A stretch of DNA of 64,000 nt. It comes from Phormidesmis sp. (GTDB taxonomy: Bacteria > Cyanobacteriota > Cyanobacteriia > Leptolyngbyales > Leptolyngbyaceae). Location of the stretch: NCBI GenBank assembly GCA_965248535.1, contig CBDFJR010000005.1:928001-992000 (forward strand), in the 5' to 3' direction. The notes under the pieces are model-generated. The model saw only the letters and a list, made by a program, of their open reading frames with translations, was not told where the DNA came from and ran no database searches. This document shows positions 18,681 through 28,582 of this stretch, piece by piece. The translations under genes were made by a program, and so were the position numbers. The first letter of the stretch is position 1. Every line of letters starts with the position of its first letter.

Positions 18681-21140
18681 TTAACGGCTCAACAGCCCAT
18701 AAATGGCCCAGATCGCCATCGCTCTTAAATAATGACTAGCTCGAAACGTTCCGGTTGCCGTAATCGCTTCGGGAGTGCGAAACTGCAAGCCGTTGTCATA
18801 AATTTGCCGAACCACCGCTTCGGTTAACGTCATCGCTTCAGCCGTCATCCCCATCTGCACCAAGAATGCCGCTAACCCAAAGTTAATGCCCGTCCAGACT
18901 TCGAGCGGATGAGTTGCATTAGGATTTTCAGGAGACCCATCGGGACGAACCCCATTAGCTGCCCCGATCGCCGCCTGTTGAATGCCCAAACCCTGATCGT
19001 CAATCCACTGATTAAATTTGATAAAGCAAGCGTCATACACAGATCTCAGGGCCGACTCAGCGCACTCAGCAGGCACAACATCGGGCAACCCCAGCAACCT
19101 GGCATAAAACTGTCCACACAGTTGATCGGCCATGACCACATCAGAGCCACTCTGACTATCGAGGCGATAATAGTGACCATTCCACAGAGTAGTTTGATAA
19201 ATCCCACGGGATTGATCCAGCCAATCTTGAAACGTCGCAACCGATTGATGAATCGATAAAGAATCGCTGTTGAGAATGAGAAGTTGCCCGATCGCGATCG
19301 CTGCCTCCAACGCTGCAATCCACAATCCGCCACAGTAAGCGCTCACTCCCTGCAATCGCCAATCATCAAAGGTTTGATCAGGTGCACCAGCGTTTTCAGG
19401 AATGCCATCCTGATCCAAATCAAACGTTTTGAGATAGTGCAGCGTCTCAACCACAGCATCCCAGCATTCACTCAAAAATTCCACATCCGTTGCACCCGTG
19501 AGAACGTAATCGCGATAAACCTGCAACACAAAATCTGATCCTAAATCTTTCCAAAGATTACAGTCTTGATAACTGGTGTAATTGGTTTTCTCCCAAACGT
19601 GCTCGTTAGGCGCACCCAAATCGTGAGGAGTCGCACCCGCCGCTTTGCGAATCGCCATCGGACTCTCTGCCCCGGTTGCCTGGAAGTTGCGCTCTGCGTT
19701 AAGCGTGTAGTAATAGCCAATCACCCGCGTTTTTTGATCGCTAGCCGGAATCGATCGAGCAAACGCTCGCATCACCGATTTTTCTAACTCAGACCACAGC
19801 ATTAACAGCCCAAACGAGCCATATAGCCGCACATCCAGACTTTCATACCAGCGATAATCAAGACACTCTAGCACCGCAAATTGCCCGATCGGGTCGCGTT
19901 CATCGGCGGCACTCCACAGCGCTCCGCCATCGGTGAGATCATAAAGCTCATTAAACAACGCCATTTTGAACCAGTCAGGCAACTCGTCGCGATCGAGAAT
20001 CGGCTGCTGCCAAGCCTGAATTTTTTCCTGCCAGGTTCGATAATGTTTCAACGCCGTGCGGGCGATCGTCCAAGCATTGCGCCCCGTGCGCCCAAAAAAA
20101 TCGGTGTAGCGTCGAAAATAGTTGACCCCAGCGGCAAACTCCGTCACCGGAAAATCCCAACTCAAAATAAACGGAATTTTGAGAGTCTGTCCCGGTTTGA
20201 GAGTGAATCGAACCGCGATCGCGCTGCCAATGCGCTCTCCGGTTTTGGCTGGGGTTTCATCATCTCGATCGCAGAGTGACCCATCTCGCGCAAACGGTCG
20301 CCACACATCACTCCCATCCCCCACCGGGTTCCAGCGAGTATGGTAAGAAACCTCCCAGAGATACGGGTTGAGCAGGGTCGCGATCGCCCACTGTCCATCT
20401 CCCTCTAACGTCTCTTCAGCATCGCTCCCCATGACTACGCCAATTCTCTGTTCGTCGCCCGTGAGCCGATTAAAATTTCCGGCGCTGTCTCCTAGCCGAG
20501 GCTGATAGTCATAAAACGGGCTACCGTCATCTCGCATTTGCACATCGGGCGACCTGAGCGAATTGGTAAACCAGCCCGTCATATTCTCCCAGGTCAGCAT
20601 GATGCTGAGAGTCATCGGCTGATCGGTGGGATTGTGCGCCGTCCATTCAAAAATCGCAACGGGGTAGCTGGTTTCTTGATAATTGTGGGCCACGATCGGC
20701 GAAAACTGCTCACAGGTCAGATCGGCTTGAAAAACATGCTCATACGCAAACCAACTGCGCGGGTAAAGTGCCGAATAGGTTCCGGTTGACTGTCCTACTT
20801 GACTCGCGGGGTAGCGATTCCAGGTTTGCAGGCACTCTGCCGCCTCTGTCGTCAGCGCATAAGCCTGCGTTTGAGTTCCAACTTGCTCAAACACGCTAAA
20901 CTGGCAGGCTGGCATCGTCTGAAAAACGTGTTCGCCGCCGTCAATGTGCCAGAGATTAAAATCGCCTCGCGACGATCGCCCCACACATCCCGCCCCAAAC
21001 CCGCCGAGCGGCATCCCGTGCCACGGCCCATCATCTAAATTGCTGGCATAGCGGACGGTGTAAGGCGTTTCCCAACCCAGCCCGATCGGGCGGCTCCAAG
21101 CACACGCGGGAATGTTGACGGACGGCTGCTGTTTTTTCAT
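18681..21140 (-). CDS. GH116 glycoside hydrolase (glucosylceramidase-like)
   Basis: GMPLGGFGAG, LECLDYRWYESLDV, PHDLG, PDQTFDDW, EVWTG, FRTPEA, YLRAMAIW. Confidence 0.95.
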   Translation of the reverse strand: MKKQQPSVNIPACAWSRPIGLGWETPYTVRYASNLDDGPWHGMPLGGFGAGCVGRSSRGDFNLWHIDGGEHVFQTMPACQFSVFEQVGTQTQAYALTTEAAECLQTWNRYPASQVGQSTGTYSALYPRSWFAYEHVFQADLTCEQFSPIVAHNYQETSYPVAIFEWTAHNPTDQPMTLSIMLTWENMTGWFTNSLRSPDVQMRDDGSPFYDYQPRLGDSAGNFNRLTGDEQRIGVVMGSDAEETLEGDGQWAIATLLNPYLWEVSYHTRWNPVGDGSDVWRPFARDGSLCDRDDETPAKTGERIGSAIAVRFTLKPGQTLKIPFILSWDFPVTEFAAGVNYFRRYTDFFGRTGRNAWTIARTALKHYRTWQEKIQAWQQPILDRDELPDWFKMALFNELYDLTDGGALWSAADERDPIGQFAVLECLDYRWYESLDVRLYGSFGLLMLWSELEKSVMRAFARSIPASDQKTRVIGYYYTLNAERNFQATGAESPMAIRKAAGATPHDLGAPNEHVWEKTNYTSYQDCNLWKDLGSDFVLQVYRDYVLTGATDVEFLSECWDAVVETLHYLKTFDLDQDGIPENAGAPDQTFDDWRLQGVSAYCGGLWIAALEAAIAIGQLLILNSDSLSIHQSVATFQDWLDQSRGIYQTTLWNGHYYRLDSQSGSDVVMADQLCGQFYARLLGLPDVVPAECAESALRSVYDACFIKFNQWIDDQGLGIQQAAIGAANGVRPDGSPENPNATHPLEVWTGINFGLAAFLVQMGMTAEAMTLTEAVVRQIYDNGLQFRTPEAITATGTFRASHYLRAMAIWAIYGLLSR

Positions 21141-21230
21141 CTCCCGATTTTACGAGACTTGGGACTCCTAGAATCAGCTTACAAAAACATCCGCGTCGTT
21201 ATACGATCGAAGCTCACAACGGTGAAAAAA

Positions 21231-21554
21231 ATGGGCATTAAAATCATTGAGAACTTTGACAGCAGTTTTTCTCTCGATCCAGACACCAAAACTGCGTTGT
21301 TTGAATTATTGCGCGGCGAGGCGTTTTTGCAGCAGGTTGCTCAGGCCCTAAAGTGCCAGCGAGTTGAGTTTACAGAACTGCTGTTTCAGCCTGTTCCCTA
21401 CACGATGGCGACTCCTAAAGGAATGCCTGCGGAGTTTGAAAAATTTCACAACTCTGCGGATCACGCGATCGTCAACGTGCCCCCCAATTTTATGTTTAAA
21501 GCAAAAGTCTTTAAACCCAGTCGATTGTGTGCAATTTATAGAAACGCGATTTAA
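21231..21554 (+). CDS. Conserved hypothetical protein
   Basis: Compact ORF from MGIKII; start uncertain. Confidence 0.7.
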   Translation: MGIKIIENFDSSFSLDPDTKTALFELLRGEAFLQQVAQALKCQRVEFTELLFQPVPYTMATPKGMPAEFEKFHNSADHAIVNVPPNFMFKAKVFKPSRLCAIYRNAI

Positions 21555-21583
21555 ATCTATCAAACTTTTCTAAGCAGTTCAAA

Positions 21584-22129
21584 ATGACTTCTCAAATCAA
21601 CATTCCGACGCTGGCGAGTTTAGATTACATTTCCTATATCAACGATCGGGGTCAACTGCCCGAAGAACTGCGCGGAAAAGTCGGAGCCTACGCTGTTTTT
21701 GACCAATCTAAAACCCTACAATTTGTGGGTTTTTCTCGCGATATTTTTCTAGGGTTAAAGCAACATTTAGTCCGTCAGCCTCAAGGGTGTTATTGGGTGA
21801 AGTTTAGCCCCGTCGATCGCCCCAGTCGCACCCTGCTCGAAGGCATTCGAGACACTTGGATTTCTGAAAATGGCTCGACTCCCCTCGGCAACGGCATTGA
21901 CGAAGCCAAATGGAACCAGCCCATTCAAGTTAGAGGAATGATGACTCCTGAAGAAGAGGCAAATTACACGAAGACCACGATCGAGGAGATCACCCAAATC
22001 AAAATTCTCAAAAATGTAGCGCGACGCGTTGAAGCAGAGATCTTAACGCAGCTAAAAGCTAGAGGCATTCAAGAAGAAATTCGCTTCAATCCAAAATTAA
22101 AAGAAGAGGGATTATTAGACTTGAAGTGA
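21584..22129 (+). CDS. GIY-YIG-like domain protein
   Basis: GAYAVFD...LQFVGFSRD..LKQHL.RQP. Confidence 0.75.
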   Translation: MTSQINIPTLASLDYISYINDRGQLPEELRGKVGAYAVFDQSKTLQFVGFSRDIFLGLKQHLVRQPQGCYWVKFSPVDRPSRTLLEGIRDTWISENGSTPLGNGIDEAKWNQPIQVRGMMTPEEEANYTKTTIEEITQIKILKNVARRVEAEILTQLKARGIQEEIRFNPKLKEEGLLDLK

Positions 22130-22141
22130 TCACGCATAAAA

Positions 22142-22192
22142 AACACCCTTTGATGTCAGAGCGCGATCGCTCCAATTGCACAAAGGGTGTTC
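22142..22192. terminator. Hairpin between convergent genes
   Basis: AACACCCTTTG..CAAAGGGTGTT. Confidence 0.55.
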
Positions 22193-22239
22193 TTCTAATC
22201 ACTTCTATAATGGTTTGGTTGACCCCTCTAGCGATCAGA

Positions 22240-22536
22240 TTAGCCAAATAACGAACTCTGCATCCCGGCTGTGACCTGCACTGACTCCAGCGCACTTTTG
22301 AGCAATTGCAGAGCCAATATCGCCAATATCGCAGAGAAGTCAAGCCCGCCGAGAGGGGGAATAAACGATCGAAAGATGTTGAGATAGGGGTCGGTGAGTT
22401 GGCTTAAAATCGAGAAGGGAGGGCTGGCCCAATCAATAGAAGGAAACCAACTGAGCAAGATCCGAATAAATAGCAGCACTAGATAAATGCCGACAAAGCC
22501 GCTAATCGTGCTGATGAGCAGTTGCAAAGGATTCAT
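22240..22536 (-). CDS. YggT/YlmG (Ycf19) membrane protein
   Basis: RILLSWFP..LTDPYLNIFRSFIPPLGGLDFS. Confidence 0.93.
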   Translation of the reverse strand: MNPLQLLISTISGFVGIYLVLLFIRILLSWFPSIDWASPPFSILSQLTDPYLNIFRSFIPPLGGLDFSAILAILALQLLKSALESVQVTAGMQSSLFG

Positions 22537-22630
22537 AAAATCGCAGATTCCTTGATTGAAGTTTAGGGATGGGATCGATAGATAGGCGATCGTCGCTTAA
22601 CCACGATCGCGCCTACCCAGCATTCTAGCG

Positions 22631-22954
22631 CTATGGCTCTTCAGTGAAAGATCGTTCTCGATCGCTCTCGGTTGCCCGCCCGTTGACGCTGCTTAACTGC
22701 TGTCTCACATCGTCGATCGCGTCATTAAGTTGAGCAATCTTATCTTCTAAACTGCGTCGAGATAGCTCAATATTTTGCTCAGTCGAGCCGCGAATCGATC
22801 GCTTTTTTTTGCCATCTTCGGGCTTTAACAGAGGTTCTTCGGTCGTGCCTTCAAGTCGCTGCGCCGTCAGCAGAGACCCCAATGCGCCGCCGATCACACC
22901 GCCGACGATCGCGCCCAAAACAAACCCACCTGCAAAATTATCTGGTTGACTCAT
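22631..22954 (-). CDS. Conserved cyanobacterial protein (Gly-rich TM helix plus coiled coil)
   Basis: FAGGFVLGAIVGG..RRSLEDKIAQLNDAIDDVR. Confidence 0.8.
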   Translation of the reverse strand: MSQPDNFAGGFVLGAIVGGVIGGALGSLLTAQRLEGTTEEPLLKPEDGKKKRSIRGSTEQNIELSRRSLEDKIAQLNDAIDDVRQQLSSVNGRATESDRERSFTEEP

Positions 22955-23027
22955 CACTCACATTGCTCATTTAACTGAGTCTGTTTCTACAGCTTACCGC
23001 CCTTCGACCAAAACGATAACCCTTGTT

Positions 23028-23678
23028 TTAGGTTCCAAAGGTGCGATCGCCTGCGTCACCTAGCCCTGGCACGATGAAGCCTTTTTCGTTTAGGCCTTCA
23101 TCGATCGCGGCGGTATAGATATTGAGACCGGGATAGGCCGCACTCAAGGTTTGCAGGGCCGGGGGAGCGGCCACCACTGACACAATTCTCACTAGAGACG
23201 GGTCAACGCCTCGCTGCGTTAATTCTTTCATCGCGGCGATCGCGGTGCCGCCAGTTGCCAGCATGGGGTCGGTGATCAACACATGAGTCTGGGGGCTAAT
23301 CTGCTCAGGAAGACGGTTGAGATAGCAACTCGCTGCCAGCGTTTCCTCGTTTCGCACTAGCCCCAAGTGATAGATCGAAGCTAGAGGCAAGATCGCCTGT
23401 GCGCCGTCTAAGAGAGCGAGTCCGGCCCGCAAGATGGGCACCACGACGATCGGCACTTCTGGGTTAATAAACGTGGCCGGACAGGGCGCTAAGGGAGTGT
23501 TTACGGTCGCGTCAACCGTGGGCAGCCATTCACGAATGGCCTCATAGGTGAGCCATCGCCCCAACTCGGTCATGGCGCTGCGAAATAGGGGGGAGGGTGT
23601 CGCAGCATCACGGGCTACGCCCAACCAGTGTTTGATTAAAGGGTGAGGCGGAACATAAACACGCAGTTGAAGAGTCAT
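23028..23678 (-). CDS. upp: Uracil phosphoribosyltransferase
   Basis: VPILRAGL, DPMLATGGT, IVPGLGDAGDRTFGT. Confidence 0.97.
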   Translation of the reverse strand: MTLQLRVYVPPHPLIKHWLGVARDAATPSPLFRSAMTELGRWLTYEAIREWLPTVDATVNTPLAPCPATFINPEVPIVVVPILRAGLALLDGAQAILPLASIYHLGLVRNEETLAASCYLNRLPEQISPQTHVLITDPMLATGGTAIAAMKELTQRGVDPSLVRIVSVVAAPPALQTLSAAYPGLNIYTAAIDEGLNEKGFIVPGLGDAGDRTFGT

Positions 23679-23845
23679 AGGCGATCGCGGCAGGCCATCC
23701 AGTCAAAAGGTTGACTCATCATACTCCTTTCCCGTTTTTGAGGAAGAGTTTGAGGTAATGTTTGTGGTTTTGCAGATAAAAAACAATTGTCCAGTCTGAT
23801 GGGAGCGATCGCCATCAGATTTTTGGCAAATTTATTCGCCGCTAT

Positions 23846-23876
23846 ATTGACAATTATTCTCAATTAAATTTATAGT
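23846..23876 (+). promoter_or_regulatory. Fur box overlapping a sigma70-type promoter
   Basis: 19-bp near-palindrome ATTGACAATTATTCTCAAT (23846-23864) containing TTGACA; TATAGT at 23871-23876. Confidence 0.75.
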
Positions 23877-23881
23877 GTTTT

Positions 23882-23942
23882 ACGTGTTCTCCTCTCTAGA
23901 GGAATCGGCAAGGGGCTGGAAGTTCTAGTCCCTGTTTTTTTT
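23882..23942 (+). ncRNA. isaR1: Iron-stress activated sRNA IsaR1
   Basis: 5' GTGTTCTCCTCTC anti-SD-like seed, GGGGCTGGA..CTAGTCCCTG + T8 terminator, Fur-box promoter, divergent from upp as known for IsaR1. Confidence 0.82.
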
Positions 23943-24000
23943 GAGAGTCTTTTGGAGACTACGATCGTGGCTGAACAGTTCGTTGCATGAGCAATTCGCT

Positions 24001-24576
24001 TCAACTAACAAGTTTCACCAAACCATCATTTAAGTCATATCGCGCTCCGACAATTTTGACTTTTTCTAACCTCACCAGTTCGCCTAACACAGGTTCAGAG
24101 GTCTTGATCCGCTCTACGGTTAGCCGAATGTTGGCAATCACGGCTGCATCGATTGGGTCATGGTCAGACTCATTTACCTGGGATAGGGCAGGCTCGATCG
24201 CGATCATCAGTGCGCTAATGTGTCCAGGAACTTTAAGATGCCTGACTGCTGCCGCTACTGCACCACAGCGCTCATGTCCTAGCACCATCACCAGAGAAAC
24301 ACCAAACTCCCCAACGGCATACTCAATGCTGCCTAGCACTACATCATCAATTACATTTCCCGCCACTCGAATCACAAACAGATCTCCTAGCCCGTGATCA
24401 AAAATGACTTCTGGAGGCACCCGCGAATCTGAACAGCCCAGCACGATCGCGATCGGGTGTTGCCCTGCCGCGATTTCATGAATTCGCGCCGCGTCTTGAT
24501 GTTGATGAGTGAGTTTTTTGGCAACATAGCGATCGTTGCCCTCCAACAGCACTTGCAAAACTTGATCCGCTGTCAT
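24001..24576 (-). CDS. Beta-class carbonic anhydrase
   Basis: GCSDSRV, GDLFVIRVAGN, LGHERCGAV. Confidence 0.95.
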   Translation of the reverse strand: MTADQVLQVLLEGNDRYVAKKLTHQHQDAARIHEIAAGQHPIAIVLGCSDSRVPPEVIFDHGLGDLFVIRVAGNVIDDVVLGSIEYAVGEFGVSLVMVLGHERCGAVAAAVRHLKVPGHISALMIAIEPALSQVNESDHDPIDAAVIANIRLTVERIKTSEPVLGELVRLEKVKIVGARYDLNDGLVKLVS

Positions 24577-24722
24577 AGTGGTTTATCAGTTAACAAATAG
24601 ATCGGGTCATAAAATCGTACTGGAGAATAAATCGTACTGGAGATCCCCGTTTGTGCAGCAACTTTCTGGACTCTGGGCAATCTCTCATGATTATCTAAAG
24701 ATAGGTGTGAGGGAAACTCAAG

Positions 24723-27149
24723 ATGTCTAGACAGAAGCGTTGGAAATGGCTGCGTCAAGGTGGGGCAGCGCTGGGATTGTTGGTGATGGTGTCGGCAGAT
24801 TTGCCGATCGCTCAACTAGCGGCTGCTCCTAATCAAAAAATACCGTCGCCCGCAGAGGCTGCAAAGCAGGCAGAAGGGCTGTCTCCAAGCAAGCTGACTG
24901 AGGTTGAGGTGGATGACGTGATCCGCGATCGCCTTCGGTTTGACCCACAGTGGCAGCCGATTTTGCAGGCCGTGCGGCAAGATTTGATCGAGGTGAAGTG
25001 GGGAGACGGTAACCTCACCAATCCGGTTTGGAAGCAGTATGGCGCAAAGGCTTATCCCTTGCTGGAGTTTTATGCCCGATCGCGGGATCAAGTTCGTCAA
25101 GCCTATGGAATGGCGGGAATTCGCAGTTTGGGCAAGCCCTATACAACGCTTTGGCTGACGAAACAGGTGCAGCGACGAGCCTCTACCCCAGACTTTTCTC
25201 TTCTCACGAGCAAATTAAATACCCTATTGCTCCAGTCAGGCTCTGAATCAACCGACTCAAAAGCCTGGGAGAAAGAATTTGGCTTAGATGATCCGCAGGT
25301 GAGACAGCAACTAGTTCAACTCGCCAAACAGCATCTAGAGCCGCGCAATTCTCCGAGTTATTATGACCAGTTCAATTTTGACTTTTTGGTGAATGTCGTA
25401 GGGTACGACCAGGTTTTTCCGCCCTATCCGACTCACGAAAAGCCCGTTCCCAATTTGTCGGAATGGACGAAATTTGAGCAAATCACTCGACCGAATCCTG
25501 CTCAGATTCAGGCGGCGATCGCTTATTATCAATCGCTACCCGCCTCATCACGCGACTATTTATTAGTCAACCGTTTAGGAGCCATTAAAGCAGGTCAAAT
25601 TTCTCCGATCGCCAAAGCGCTATTCAAATCGCTGGCTGCCGACGAGCGATCCCCCGATCGGGTTTGGGCGATCGCCGAACTCGATCGCCACCACGATCCC
25701 CAAGGCTCCACGCTGCTGCAACAAATGCTCAACGGAGATTCTCGGCCGCTCTATAGCCTGACCCGCAGCGTGTTTTATGGCTTTGGCGGCGACGATGGCG
25801 ATCGCGGTTCCCACGCTTATTATCTGCTGGTGGGCATGGCCCAAAACTATCCGCAGTCAAAATTTATTCAGGGCTGCCGCGAGTATGGAGATTTAACCGG
25901 ACACTCCTACTTTGGGGGCGAACCGCGGAATCAAGCCTTGCTCGATCGCAACGCTAAAAAAACTGCCGCCGATCGGGTTCGAGATTGGCAGCAGTGGCTC
26001 AGTCGCTACCCTAACCATCCGGGAGCCGACGATGCCACCTTTTTATTGGCCCATAGCCTTCAGGATCAGGGCGACATTATGGGCGCGATGCGCCTCTGGC
26101 TGAAGATGATGACGACCGAAATCGGCGATCGTGATGCCCTTTATCTCGCCTATCCTCACGTCAGAACGTTGCTCGATGTCGGACTCTCGGCCGAGCAGAT
26201 TCAGACGTTGTTACAAGAACCCGCTTATCAAGAGATCACGCCCTTGTTGCGCTATGCGCTGGCGGTCAAACAAGCCCGATCGCACGACTATGCCCAAGCA
26301 CTGCAAACCTCTGAAAATTTGAATCTGACGGTCATGCCTGCCAAAATCCTCGATCGCTACTACAAAGCAGGCTGGTCATGGTGGGAAGAGGGCAAAACCA
26401 CAGAAGTTCAGCAAGAAATGCAAACGATGCTGACCGAGCAGCGTCAACGCTGGCAGCAGCTTCTCGCTTTAAAATCAGAAAACACGCCAGACTCGCGCTA
26501 TCGCCTAGCATCCAATTGGGCGGGCGAAGGCGGCTGGAAAAATGGCTATCTCGCAATTTGGGACGGGTCTAGAACCTATCACTTGCCCACGAGCTACAGC
26601 ACGAGTCAGCGCTATCCCGTCGAGGCAAACGATCGCTGGGATTGCCGCTATTGGTGGGTTTGTGACCTCTCAAAACGCGGTGAGTCAGCCGTGCGCCAAG
26701 CTTATCAAGGCGCTAGCCAAAACGGGATTGCTCTGTCTCTCTATCAGCAGTTATTGGATGATCCTAAAACGCCGCCCCCCGTGCGCGAGAAGACCCTCTA
26801 TATGGTGGCCATGACGCTGCTCTGGCAATGGGAAAATCACGACCCAGGCGAAACGACGCGCATTCACCCTCCGGCTGGAGTGCCGATTGGGAGACCCCGC
26901 GTTGATCCCTACACAAACGAGACGGCTCCTGACATCGGCTCTGCTTATCAAAGCCGCATTGATGGGATCTTAACGGAGATACAAGTCAAATTTCCCAAGA
27001 GTTCTTATGCGGATGATTTGCTGTTTTCGAGCTATTTTTTGAGTAACCAGCCTCGCTATCTTCAGCAACTCGTGCAGCGATATCCGACCAGCGATCGCGT
27101 CGCCGAAGCCCAGTTCCTTTTAGCGCACCGAAAACCCAAGCCAGAATGA
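24723..27149 (+). CDS. Large exported helical/TPR-like hypothetical protein
   Basis: Signal-like N-terminus; YPNHPGADDA, FPKSSYADD and YPTSDRVAEAQF BamD/YbgF-like TPR motifs. Confidence 0.7.
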   Translation: MSRQKRWKWLRQGGAALGLLVMVSADLPIAQLAAAPNQKIPSPAEAAKQAEGLSPSKLTEVEVDDVIRDRLRFDPQWQPILQAVRQDLIEVKWGDGNLTNPVWKQYGAKAYPLLEFYARSRDQVRQAYGMAGIRSLGKPYTTLWLTKQVQRRASTPDFSLLTSKLNTLLLQSGSESTDSKAWEKEFGLDDPQVRQQLVQLAKQHLEPRNSPSYYDQFNFDFLVNVVGYDQVFPPYPTHEKPVPNLSEWTKFEQITRPNPAQIQAAIAYYQSLPASSRDYLLVNRLGAIKAGQISPIAKALFKSLAADERSPDRVWAIAELDRHHDPQGSTLLQQMLNGDSRPLYSLTRSVFYGFGGDDGDRGSHAYYLLVGMAQNYPQSKFIQGCREYGDLTGHSYFGGEPRNQALLDRNAKKTAADRVRDWQQWLSRYPNHPGADDATFLLAHSLQDQGDIMGAMRLWLKMMTTEIGDRDALYLAYPHVRTLLDVGLSAEQIQTLLQEPAYQEITPLLRYALAVKQARSHDYAQALQTSENLNLTVMPAKILDRYYKAGWSWWEEGKTTEVQQEMQTMLTEQRQRWQQLLALKSENTPDSRYRLASNWAGEGGWKNGYLAIWDGSRTYHLPTSYSTSQRYPVEANDRWDCRYWWVCDLSKRGESAVRQAYQGASQNGIALSLYQQLLDDPKTPPPVREKTLYMVAMTLLWQWENHDPGETTRIHPPAGVPIGRPRVDPYTNETAPDIGSAYQSRIDGILTEIQVKFPKSSYADDLLFSSYFLSNQPRYLQQLVQRYPTSDRVAEAQFLLAHRKPKPE

Positions 27150-27608
27150 AGCCTCTATTTCTGCCCACGGCAAACGCAACCCACCAGCTAGGCATTCAGC
27201 TAGGGCAGAGGCTCTCGGCTGGCAGTGTGCTGCTGCTAGAAGGTGACTTGGGCAGTGGGAAAACCACCCTCGTGCAGGGCATCGGGGCAGGGTTGGGCAT
27301 TCAGGACTCGATCGACAGTCCCACTTTTACGCTGATTAATGAATATCTAGACGGACGGGTGCCGCTCTATCATCTAGATCTCTATCGTTTGAATCTATCG
27401 GAGACCGCCAGCCTCTACCCAGAGATCTATTGGGAAGGAGTCGAAGCCGAGCCAGGAGTTGTGGCGATCGAGTGGGCAGAGCGTCTCACCTACAAGACCG
27501 CAGAGTTATTTAGAAATTCGGCTGGAGTACGATCGTTCGTCAGGTCGCCAAGCCATCCTCAATCCCGTTGGTGACTTTAACTTAGAAGCACTGATTTCTG
27601 TTTTATGA
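27146..27608 (+). CDS. tsaE: tRNA threonylcarbamoyladenosine biosynthesis ATPase TsaE (frameshift near 27497)
   Basis: GDLGSGKTT, SPTFTL, HLDLYRL, IEWAER; removing one A restores YKPQSYLEIRLEY..GRQAILNPVG. Confidence 0.92.
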
Positions 27609-27614
27609 AATGTT
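27530..27614 (+). repeat. Direct repeat copy 1 (tsaE 3' end)
   Basis: 85 bp, collinear with 28383-28467. Confidence 0.9.
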
Positions 27615-27705
27615 CTATTGGGGATCAAATACCCTCAAACGATAAAGCATAAGCCCATGTTAGGATTTCCGAAACCAGATCATTCTTTCAATGCGAGATG
27701 AATCC

Positions 27706-27960
27706 ATGAAGGCGATCGAAGTCACGGGCAGAATTGATGCTCAAGGAAACCTAGTGTTGGATCAACCCATCCACGGAACTAGCTATCCCCATCTGGTACG
27801 AGTGATTGTGTTGGTTCCAGAGGAGATAGAAGCAGTAGATGACTCAGACGATACCCCGATCGAGGAGGTAAAAGCCAGTCTGAGAAGGGCATTGAAGCAA
27901 GCCAAAGCGGGGCAGCGCATCCCGATGTCTAAACTCTGGGATGGGATCGATGCCGAATGA
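27706..27960 (+). CDS. Putative type II antitoxin
   Basis: MKAIEVTG.ID.QG.L.LD..VRVIVL..SLRRAL.QAKAG.RIP..LW; overlaps the toxin gene. Confidence 0.75.
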   Translation: MKAIEVTGRIDAQGNLVLDQPIHGTSYPHLVRVIVLVPEEIEAVDDSDDTPIEEVKASLRRALKQAKAGQRIPMSKLWDGIDAE

Positions 27961-28312
27961 GTTGCCCTCAATATCCATCGATTCATCTCCTGAATATCAG
28001 CAAAACTTGCGTGATCTTGCCAAGCGCTATCGCAGTATTCGTTCAGATACCCAGGCGGTGATTAAACAGTTGCAGTCTGGGGATTTTGTAGGAGACAAGA
28101 TAGGTGGGATTGGTGAGGGCTATTTTATCTATAAAGTCAGAGTTCGCAATCGTGATATCCAAAAAGGAAAGAGTGCTGGCTATCGATTGATTTATCAAGT
28201 TGAGTCACCCACTAGCATTTTACTGCTGACGATTTACTCAAAGTCCGACCGAGAAGACATCTCTGCAAACGAGATTCAAGATATTCTTGCAGATGTGGAT
28301 CGTGAGGAGTGA
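27950..28312 (+). CDS. RelE/HigB-like toxin
   Basis: L.KRYRSI..D..YKVRVRN.DIQKGKSAGYRLIY..LLTIYSKSD. Confidence 0.9.
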   Translation: MPNELPSISIDSSPEYQQNLRDLAKRYRSIRSDTQAVIKQLQSGDFVGDKIGGIGEGYFIYKVRVRNRDIQKGKSAGYRLIYQVESPTSILLLTIYSKSDREDISANEIQDILADVDREE

Positions 28313-28382
28313 AGACCTCTGTCTCCTTAGGATTGTGGGTTCAATAACCTACTGAGAAAGAGTGGAGCCGGAGCCGGGAAAC

Positions 28383-28467
28383 CGATCGTCCGTCAGGTCG
28401 CCAAGCCATCCTCAATCCCGTTGGTGAATTTGACTTAGAGACGCTGATTTCTGCTTTACGAAACGTT
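28383..28467 (+). repeat. Direct repeat copy 2 (variant tsaE 3' end)
   Basis: CGATCGTCCGTCAGGTCGCCAAGCCATCCTCAATCCCGTTGGTGA..; translates as DRPSGRQAILNPVGEFDLETLISAL. Confidence 0.9.
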
Positions 28468-28582
28468 AATTAACGTTAGCGAAGTGACCGCAAATACACA
28501 GCCGAAATCTTTCATTCTCAGTACTCTTCTAACTAAGCTAGATGTTAATCTCTCCATCTAGCTTTTGAAGCGCGATGCTACT

